Positions 17,354 to 24,664 of a stretch of 33,824 nt of DNA are shown piece by piece (the first letter of the stretch is position 1; every line of letters begins with the position of its first letter). The stretch is from positions 1 to 33,824 of IMG/VR virus record IMGVR_UViG_3300032318_000420; one strand, given 5' to 3'. The position numbers were made by a program, and so were the translations under genes. Under the pieces are notes generated by a model. That model saw only the letters and a list, made by a program, of their open reading frames with translations. It ran no database searches and was not told the DNA's origin. Source of the stretch: a virus (taxonomy: Duplodnaviria > Caudoviricetes).

Positions 17354-20092
17354 TTGAGCTACATCGGAAACCCGATATCCATTATGGATTATCCTGTGGA
17401 TTATTTCACAGGTGATGGCACATCCACAACATTTCAGTTATCAAGAATACCGGCTTCGGCTACTTCAATACTGGTGCATATTGGTGGTGTCAAACAGGTC
17501 GCTTCGACCACCGATCCTGCATATTACTTAGACGGTTCTAAATTAGTCTTTGTATCACCACCTGGTGCCTATTCACCCATTGAGGTGAACTATCTTGGCA
17601 TTGCAGGCCAAGTCAATATTCCTGGTACTCAGTCAGTCACACAAGATATGTTGTCATTGCAGCTGGCAAACACCTTTGTGTATCAGACAACGGCTAATGG
17701 TGCCACAGCATCCTTCACTTTGAATGCTCCGCCGGTCTCAGCGAACTCTCTGGTGGTCTCTGCAAATGGTGTGGTGCAATATGATTACTCGGTGAATGGT
17801 ACAAACTTAACTTTTGGATTTACTCCACCAGTTGGCACATTTATTCGGATTACTTCATTGGCATTGGCTCAAGCAGGAGTTCCAGCGGATGGCTCTGTGA
17901 CTTCGGTGAAATTGGGTTCAAATTTAACTTTAACGGGTAATACCACCTTTAGTGGTAATATATTTGCTTCGGCTGGATCAGCAAGTTCACCATCAATTAG
18001 CATTACAGGCGATACCAACACGGGTATGTTCTTCCCTGCTGCCGACACAATAGCCTTTTCAGAAGGTGGTGTTGAGAGTATGCGGATTGATAGCAGTGGA
18101 AATGTAGGGATTGGAACAGCTACTGTTGATACTAAACTACACGTTGTTGGTGGTGCTATTATAGAAGGCACAGATAGAATTACATTGCGTAGAGCAATAA
18201 CACCTAGTGTATCTGGAACAACATTATCAGCCATCAATTTTGCCGCAATTTCTACAGGTAGCACATATGTAAATGGAGTACTAATACTTGGTTCTTCAGA
18301 AGGAGCATGGAGTTCTACTAGCGCACCTAGTAATTTAAGTTTTAGAACAACACCATCTGCAAGCACAACAGCAGTTGAACGGATGCGTATCGCTGCTGGT
18401 GGTAACGTGGGTATTGGTACTAGTAATCCAGTCTTAGGACTTTTAGATATTAACGGTGCAGATTCAACACTTGCTGTTAGAACACCTGATACAACGTCAC
18501 CAACTCTTGCTTTATTTGTAAATGCTGGTAGCAACGGAGTAGGAACAATCTCTGTTGATAATGGTGGTATCATGACCTTTGATACTGGTTCTACTGGTGC
18601 AGGTCAAGCAGAACGGATGCGTATTGATGCTTCCGGTAACGTAGGTATTGGTGGTACCACAGTCAATGCTTCTTTGTCTATCATGAAGCAGATGACGGCT
18701 TTATCAGGAACAGGAAATCAATATGGTGTTCACATTTATCCAACTGCAACTGGACAATGTTGGATTGATGGTCTAACTAATAGTAGTTCAAATAGTTCTC
18801 TTGGATTACGAACATATAACAACGGAACATATACTGAAGTTATCAATAATTCTGCCGGTAACACAACTACATTTCAAACAGCCGGCACAGAACGGATGCG
18901 TATTGATTCTTCTGGTAATGTTGGTATTGGTACCGCTAGTCCCACAACTGTTACAGGTGGCCGAAGCTTAACACTTTATGGCAACGGCACATTTGCAACT
19001 CTTTCTGTTCAAGCATTTGAAGGTGCAAACAATGACAGAAATGCTACCTTAGAATTACTTTCTTCAGGTAACGGATCTTCTTACTCTCAGATTCTTTACG
19101 GTGATACTGATACATCACCACTTACACCATCACCATTAGTCTTTGCTGGATATCATAGTGGTACCAGAACAGAACGGATGCGTATTACTCCTGAGGGTAA
19201 CGTAGGTATTGGTACTAATAGTCCTGATAACAATTCTGGATACACCGCACTAAGTATTACTGGTTCCACAGGCGGCCAAATATATTGGAGAAGCACTGGT
19301 TCTTCTGTAAGCGGTTATGCTGGCGCAGATAGTACCGGTGCTTATATTGCATCACTCAGTAATCATGCTTTAATTTTTAGAACTAATAATAACGAAAAAG
19401 CTCGTTTTACTAGCACAGGAGAATTTCAACATACGCCAGGCACTTCAAATACAGCTGGCACAAGACTGTTGAGAATTGCTCCTTCTGGTGGTAATGGCGT
19501 ATTAAATATTTTCTATACTACTCGTGGTGATGGTTCTGCTAGTTCATCAAATGCCTGTATGACAATGGGTGCAGATAATACCACCTCTAGGTCAATCAAT
19601 GCTGCCGGAACATTTAATGCTAACGGTGCTGACTATGCCGAATACATGGTCAAAGCAGGTAACTTTAATATAAACAAAGGTGATATTTGTGGAATTAATG
19701 CACAAGGTAAATTAACAAATATATTTACAGAAGCAATTTCATTTGTAGTTAAGTCAACCGATCCATCCTATGTTGGTGGTGATAATTGGGCAAATGAAGA
19801 TATTGTTGGTAAAAAACCTGAAGATGATGCAACAGAAGAAGAAAAAAATGTTTTCTATAATAAATTAGAAGCTGCTCGTCAAACAGTTGATAGGATTGCT
19901 TTTGCTGGTCAGGTGCCAGTAAATGTTTTAGGTGCAACAGCAGGACAATATATTATTCCTATTAACAACAATGGTGTAATTAAAGGTATTGCAGTATCAA
20001 ATCCAACATTTGAACAATATCAAATTTCAGTAGGAAAAGTTATTGCTATTGAATCAGATGGTAGAGCAAAAATTATAGTTAAGGTCGCATAA
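17354..20092 (+). CDS. Tail fibre 5 with N-terminal adaptor domains and C-terminal DYAE (peptidase G2-like) intramolecular chaperone (912 aa)
   Basis: TTG start after AGGA; MSYIGNP; two GDG/ANG..FxL domains; five ERMRI-type motifs; GADYAEY (DYAE at 19631-19642), STDPSYVG and IAFAGQVPV. Confidence 0.8.
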   Translation: MSYIGNPISIMDYPVDYFTGDGTSTTFQLSRIPASATSILVHIGGVKQVASTTDPAYYLDGSKLVFVSPPGAYSPIEVNYLGIAGQVNIPGTQSVTQDMLSLQLANTFVYQTTANGATASFTLNAPPVSANSLVVSANGVVQYDYSVNGTNLTFGFTPPVGTFIRITSLALAQAGVPADGSVTSVKLGSNLTLTGNTTFSGNIFASAGSASSPSISITGDTNTGMFFPAADTIAFSEGGVESMRIDSSGNVGIGTATVDTKLHVVGGAIIEGTDRITLRRAITPSVSGTTLSAINFAAISTGSTYVNGVLILGSSEGAWSSTSAPSNLSFRTTPSASTTAVERMRIAAGGNVGIGTSNPVLGLLDINGADSTLAVRTPDTTSPTLALFVNAGSNGVGTISVDNGGIMTFDTGSTGAGQAERMRIDASGNVGIGGTTVNASLSIMKQMTALSGTGNQYGVHIYPTATGQCWIDGLTNSSSNSSLGLRTYNNGTYTEVINNSAGNTTTFQTAGTERMRIDSSGNVGIGTASPTTVTGGRSLTLYGNGTFATLSVQAFEGANNDRNATLELLSSGNGSSYSQILYGDTDTSPLTPSPLVFAGYHSGTRTERMRITPEGNVGIGTNSPDNNSGYTALSITGSTGGQIYWRSTGSSVSGYAGADSTGAYIASLSNHALIFRTNNNEKARFTSTGEFQHTPGTSNTAGTRLLRIAPSGGNGVLNIFYTTRGDGSASSSNACMTMGADNTTSRSINAAGTFNANGADYAEYMVKAGNFNINKGDICGINAQGKLTNIFTEAISFVVKSTDPSYVGGDNWANEDIVGKKPEDDATEEEKNVFYNKLEAARQTVDRIAFAGQVPVNVLGATAGQYIIPINNNGVIKGIAVSNPTFEQYQISVGKVIAIESDGRAKIIVKVA

Positions 20093-20094
20093 AA

Positions 20095-22323
20095 ATGCCA
20101 CAACAAAAGATTACCAACCAAGAACTTGATTTAGCCGGACGAGGCGGATCATCTACCAATTTAAATTTGGGTGATGGATCTTTTATCAGTAATACTACAG
20201 GCACAAATAATACAGCAATTGGTTCTGGTGCATCTAGCAACAATACCACAGGAATTAGTAATACTTCCGTGGGTTATCAGGCTGGGTATCGTAACACGAC
20301 TGGTACAGGTAACACATTCTTAGGTCAACAAGCTGCTTGGCAAAATATTATAGGAATTAACAACGTTGCTGTAGGTTATTTTTCTTTATTAAATAATAAT
20401 GCCGATGACAACGTAGCTGTTGGTGTATCTACAATGATATCAAATACAACAGGTACACAAAATTCGGCTGTTGGTCGTCAAGCAATGCGTTTGAATACCA
20501 CAGGACAATACAACGCCGCTTTTGGTGCCTCATCTTTATATAGCAACACCACCGCTTCTAACAACACCGCAGTAGGGTATCAAGCAGCTTACTCTAATCA
20601 AACAGGTACAGGAATTACTGCAATAGGTGTTCAATCATTAAGAGCTTCTACAGATAATAACAATACTGCTTTAGGTGCCTATTCAGGATATGGTGTTACA
20701 ACTGGAGCTGGAAACGTATTTGTTGGTAGAGAGGCTGGTTATTTTGCAACAACAGGAAGTAATAATACTATTGTTGGTGATACTGCATTTGCATATGTAG
20801 CTACTGCTACAGGTTCTAATAATACGGCAATAGGTAAATCTGCGTTACAAGCAAACACCACCGCATCTAACAACACCGCAGTAGGTTATCAAGCTGGGTA
20901 TAGTAACACTACTGGTACTCAAAATGCTTTTGTTGGAGTACAAGCTGGATATACAAATAGCACAGCATCTTATGGAACGGCATTAGGCTATCGTGCTTTA
21001 TATGCCAACACGACAGGCGACCTTAATACAGCAATAGGTTATGTTGCTGGTACTAGCAATACAACTGGTGAAATTACTGCCGTAGGTGCTGCTGCTTTAC
21101 AACTTAACACCACAGGTTCGCAAAATACAGCCGTTGGTATTGGTGCTTTGTATCCCAATACAACAGGCGGTAGTAACTCTGCTTTAGGTCGTGATGCTCT
21201 TAATGCGAATACAACTGGCTCTAACAACACTGCTATGGGTCAGAGGTCGTTATATTCAAATACCACCGCATCTAACAATACCGCAGTAGGTTATCAAGCA
21301 GGATATACAAATTCAACAGGCTCTGTGACTGCTGTTGGTTCTTATGCACTTGCACTCAATACAACAGGATATAGTAATACAGCCGTTGGTGGTAATAATG
21401 GTGCAGGTATCGATGCTGCTCTATATGCAAACACAACAGGCAATAGAAATACAGCGGTTGGTGTTGGTGCTTTGGCTTTAAATACGACTGGTGCATTACA
21501 AACTGCCTTTGGTTATCAAGCTGGTTACAATCAAACAACCGGCGGAGCTGGTGCTGGTGGAAACACTTTTATTGGATATAGAGCTGGATTTAATTCAACA
21601 ACTGCTTATTACAATACTTGTATTGGTGCTTCTGCTGGAACTGGACTAACAACTGGAATAAGCAATTGTTTTGTTGGCCCAACAGGAACTTACGCCGCAG
21701 GTGAAACAATTACCACAGGTTCTAAAAATACTATTATTGGTGCTTTTAATGGTAATACTTATGGATTAGACATTCGCACATCAGATAATAACATTGTATT
21801 AAGTGATGGTGATGGCCAACCAAGACTTCACTTTGATGGATCCGGTAGAGGTGATGTGGGTTCAGGTGGCGGAGGATTCTGGAATTTCCGTGGTGGTTAT
21901 ATGACTCCAACAAGCGGATCAGGAACAACAACATCTATCTACGATACAGGAATATATCCAAACTCTAAATGGGGTTGGTCTCACGGTGGTGGTGTTTATG
22001 AACTATGTGTAACACAAAATCCTAATGGTGGTGGTGCAAACTATCTATACGCTGAATATGGAATTATTACGATTGCAAACGGTTATAGTGGCTCTGCTGT
22101 TACAAATTATTTGACCTATACAAAACTAGCAGGTGCTCAGTCACCACAAAATGCCGTAATTACTGTATCGGTAGTATTTTGGAATGGATCAACTGAACAA
22201 ACAAATTATCCTTCAGGTAATAATTCGTGGCAGCTTCGCATTAAAGTATCTGGCCAGAATTCGGGATATACATACTCAGGCGCAAGCATTACACTCACTA
22301 GAAAATTAACCGCTAGTGGTTAA
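20095..22323 (+). CDS. Fibre 6 with trimeric autotransporter (YadA-head-like) repeats (742 aa)
   Basis: More than 25 NTTGxxNTAVGxxA-type repeats of mostly ~14-17 aa, then NNIVLSDGDGQPRL and a distinct aromatic-rich tip. Confidence 0.8.
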   Translation: MPQQKITNQELDLAGRGGSSTNLNLGDGSFISNTTGTNNTAIGSGASSNNTTGISNTSVGYQAGYRNTTGTGNTFLGQQAAWQNIIGINNVAVGYFSLLNNNADDNVAVGVSTMISNTTGTQNSAVGRQAMRLNTTGQYNAAFGASSLYSNTTASNNTAVGYQAAYSNQTGTGITAIGVQSLRASTDNNNTALGAYSGYGVTTGAGNVFVGREAGYFATTGSNNTIVGDTAFAYVATATGSNNTAIGKSALQANTTASNNTAVGYQAGYSNTTGTQNAFVGVQAGYTNSTASYGTALGYRALYANTTGDLNTAIGYVAGTSNTTGEITAVGAAALQLNTTGSQNTAVGIGALYPNTTGGSNSALGRDALNANTTGSNNTAMGQRSLYSNTTASNNTAVGYQAGYTNSTGSVTAVGSYALALNTTGYSNTAVGGNNGAGIDAALYANTTGNRNTAVGVGALALNTTGALQTAFGYQAGYNQTTGGAGAGGNTFIGYRAGFNSTTAYYNTCIGASAGTGLTTGISNCFVGPTGTYAAGETITTGSKNTIIGAFNGNTYGLDIRTSDNNIVLSDGDGQPRLHFDGSGRGDVGSGGGGFWNFRGGYMTPTSGSGTTTSIYDTGIYPNSKWGWSHGGGVYELCVTQNPNGGGANYLYAEYGIITIANGYSGSAVTNYLTYTKLAGAQSPQNAVITVSVVFWNGSTEQTNYPSGNNSWQLRIKVSGQNSGYTYSGASITLTRKLTASG
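20545..21299 (+). repeat. Three near-identical 41-nt copies encoding NTTASNNTAVGYQA
   Basis: Copies at 20545-20585, 20854-20894 and 21259-21299. Confidence 0.85.
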
Positions 22324-22349
22324 TAAAATTTAACAAATAGGAGTAAGAC

Positions 22350-22565
22350 ATGACCGATTTAACCCCAACCGCAGAAGAAATTGCACGCCACTATTCGGCA
22401 GCCATGGATTCTGTTAACCTTATTAACAGTACCAAACCAGAGAATACCACCGATGAAGAATGGGAAGATACCATTAATCGGAACAAGGAACATCTCCGGA
22501 TTATGTTAGCAAAAACATATTGGACCGATGAGGACCTCACACCACTAGAAGAAGCGGTGGAGTAA
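22350..22565 (+). CDS. Small acidic helical protein, putative partner of fibre 6 (71 aa)
   Basis: AGGAG SD; EEIARHYSAAMDSVNLIN...RNKEHLRIML..YWTDEDLTPL. Confidence 0.7.
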   Translation: MTDLTPTAEEIARHYSAAMDSVNLINSTKPENTTDEEWEDTINRNKEHLRIMLAKTYWTDEDLTPLEEAVE

Positions 22566-22575
22566 TTTGGTATAT

Positions 22576-22617
22576 TTGTATCGGACTGGTTGTATTTTTG
22601 GCCAGACCTGATACAAT
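22576..22617 (+). promoter_or_regulatory. Imperfect inverted repeat overlapping a candidate sigma70-type promoter
   Basis: TTGTATCGGACTGG ... CCAGACCTGATACAA; TTGTAT (22590-22595), a 16-nt spacer ending TGa, then TACAAT (22612-22617). Confidence 0.4.
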
Positions 22618-22677
22618 TTAACGACTATATAGTGTAGTAATGTAGTATTTGATTAATCATTTTATGGAGTTTTAAAC

Positions 22678-22854
22678 ATGGAAATAACCCTTCAATTAAA
22701 TTTAGAAGAAGTGAACGGTGTACTACAAGCATTGGGACAACTTCCTTATGCACAAGTATCACCACTGGTCGACAAGATTCGTGCTCAGGCCACACCACAG
22801 TTTGAAGCCGCACAAGCTGCAGCTCAAGTACAGGATGTAGAGCCAAAAAAGTAA
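22678..22854 (+). CDS. Small hypothetical protein (58 aa), absent from the ORF track
   Basis: GGAG SD at 22666-22669; translates MEITLQLNLEEVNGVLQALGQLPYAQVSPLVDKIRAQATPQFEAAQAAAQVQDVEPKK; followed by a terminator. Confidence 0.8.
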   Translation: MEITLQLNLEEVNGVLQALGQLPYAQVSPLVDKIRAQATPQFEAAQAAAQVQDVEPKK

Positions 22855-22893
22855 GTCCTTTAGTAGCAGCCCTACTAAAACGAATTACCTAAC

Positions 22894-22921
22894 AACCCAC
22901 CTATACGGTGGGTTTGTTTTT
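22894..22921 (+). terminator. Rho-independent terminator
   Basis: AACCCACC-tatac-GGTGGGTT followed by TGTTTTT. A second hairpin, TTTAGTAG-cagcc-CTACTAAA, lies at 22859-22879. Confidence 0.8.
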
Positions 22922-22928
22922 GGAGATG

Positions 22929-22936
22929 CCTAAATA
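22929..22936 (+). promoter_or_regulatory. T4-type late promoter variant (CCTAAATA)
   Basis: Just after the terminator and 30 nt upstream of the gp13 ATG. Confidence 0.65.
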
Positions 22937-22966
22937 CTCAATAAAACCTTACCTTTTGAGGATTTC

Positions 22967-23740
22967 ATGGCAACAGTATCTAATAGAACTCAATTCACCG
23001 ACTACTGCCTTAGAAAACTTGGCTTTCCAGTTATCGAAATTAACGTTGATCCAGACCAAGTTTCGGACCGAATAGACGATGCACTACAATATTTTCAAGA
23101 CTACCACTTTGATGGTCTACAGAAAACATATTACATTCACGAAATCACACAAGAAGATATCGATAATAAATATCTTGATTTAAGTAATGTAAGAGATAAT
23201 GCTAATGCTGCAACACAAGTTGTAGGTGTTACTCGTATATTTCCACTTCAAGATTCTCAAGCCAGCATCAATATGTTTGACTTGAGGTATCAACTTCGTC
23301 TAAACGAACTCTACGATTTTACATCTGCATCATATATCAACTATACCATGACAATGCAACATCTTCGTATGCTTGAACAGTTATTCACTGGTGAAGTTCC
23401 AATTCGTTATCAACGTCATACACAAAAACTCTTTGCTGATTGGGCATGGGGTGACCAAGAAGCTCCAGTTGGTCAGCCAGTTATCATTGATTGTTATACC
23501 ATTATTAATCCTGAAGTATACAATCGAGTGTGGGATGACCGCTGGTTAAAACGATATGCTACTGCTTTGATTAAACAACAATGGGGTTCCAACCTAATGA
23601 AATTTGGTGGCATACAGTTACCAGGTGGTGTCATGCTGAATGGTGATAAAATCTTTGAAGAAGCCATGAATGAAATTGAAGAACTTGAAAAAGACATGGA
23701 AAATAATTATGGCGGAGTTCTTGAGTGGTTCATGAATTAA
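22967..23740 (+). CDS. gp13: Neck protein gp13 (head completion)
   Basis: YCLRKLGFPVIEINVD..QV.DRIDDALQYF..YHFDG and WLKRYATALIKQQWG.NL.KF.GIQLPGGV.LNG; synteny. Confidence 0.93.
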   Translation: MATVSNRTQFTDYCLRKLGFPVIEINVDPDQVSDRIDDALQYFQDYHFDGLQKTYYIHEITQEDIDNKYLDLSNVRDNANAATQVVGVTRIFPLQDSQASINMFDLRYQLRLNELYDFTSASYINYTMTMQHLRMLEQLFTGEVPIRYQRHTQKLFADWAWGDQEAPVGQPVIIDCYTIINPEVYNRVWDDRWLKRYATALIKQQWGSNLMKFGGIQLPGGVMLNGDKIFEEAMNEIEELEKDMENNYGGVLEWFMN

Positions 23741-23758
23741 AGAAAGTGGGCATCTAAA

Positions 23759-24664
23759 ATTCCAACTTCACAATATTTCAATAATTATAACTCACGATAT
23801 GCCGAACAACGGCTCGTGGAGGACCTTGTGGTCGAATCCATTAAGATTATGGGATTTGACGGATTTTATCTGCCTAACGATAACACCGTAGCTCGTGACT
23901 TAATCTATGGTGAAGATCCAACCAAGAAATTTACCTCTGCATTTCCAATTGAACTGTATCTCTCTGAAGCACTTAACTATACCGGTGAACAAGAATTTTT
24001 CTCTAAGTTTGGTCTTGAAATTAAGAACCATACTAAAGTCATTATGTCTAAGAGGAGTTTTGAACAGAGAGTACCACAGAATACATATCAGCGGCCTCGT
24101 GAAGGCGATTTGATTTATATACCTTTTCTTAATGGTGTTGGTGAATTGTATGAAATTACATTTACTAACCAAGATAAAGACTTCAACGTATTAGGTCGAC
24201 AAGTTCCATATTTCTATGAATTGCATCTAGAGAAATTCAAGTTCTCTAGTGAGTTGTTGGCCACAGGTGTTGAAGATATTGATATTGCGGCAGAGCAAGC
24301 CAGTTATTCAATTGATTTACATATGAGTTCTGGTACAGGCAACTACGCCAAAGGTGAGGTGGTATATCAGTCAGCCGCAAATACATCGGCCAATGCAGCT
24401 GCTGTGGCGATTGTGCAGAGTTGGACTCGTATGGCCAATAACTCAACAGTCAATGTATTGGTTGTTACCAATATTGCCGGTGAGTTTGTTAGTAATTCAC
24501 AAATTAAAGTGGTGGGTGCCACAAGTAATGCACAATACACATTACTCAATTACGATCCATTAAAAGATTCTGTGCGTGATGATTCGTATGACAATTACAT
24601 TATTGAGAACTCAGCTAACTCAATTGTTAACTTCTCTGAAACCAATCCTTTTGGTAGCATCTAA
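23759..24664 (+). CDS. gp14: Neck protein gp14; start probably ATT at 23759 (the ORF track uses GTG 23816)
   Basis: PTSQYFNNY...EQRLVEDLVVESIKIMG, FSKFGLEI and RPREGDLIYIP motifs; synteny. The start position is uncertain. Confidence 0.9.
   Translation: MPTSQYFNNYNSRYAEQRLVEDLVVESIKIMGFDGFYLPNDNTVARDLIYGEDPTKKFTSAFPIELYLSEALNYTGEQEFFSKFGLEIKNHTKVIMSKRSFEQRVPQNTYQRPREGDLIYIPFLNGVGELYEITFTNQDKDFNVLGRQVPYFYELHLEKFKFSSELLATGVEDIDIAAEQASYSIDLHMSSGTGNYAKGEVVYQSAANTSANAAAVAIVQSWTRMANNSTVNVLVVTNIAGEFVSNSQIKVVGATSNAQYTLLNYDPLKDSVRDDSYDNYIIENSANSIVNFSETNPFGSI

Noticed and set aside
2421-22323. Invertase-type shufflon for tail fibre switching
   Set aside because: All cassettes are complete genes on one strand. 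No inverted silent tips, flanking inverted crossover sites or recombinase were seen.
22566-22966. tRNA or known ncRNA in the longest spacers
   Set aside because: No cloverleaf or T-loop GTTC motif was found. The space is explained by a small ORF, hairpins and promoters.
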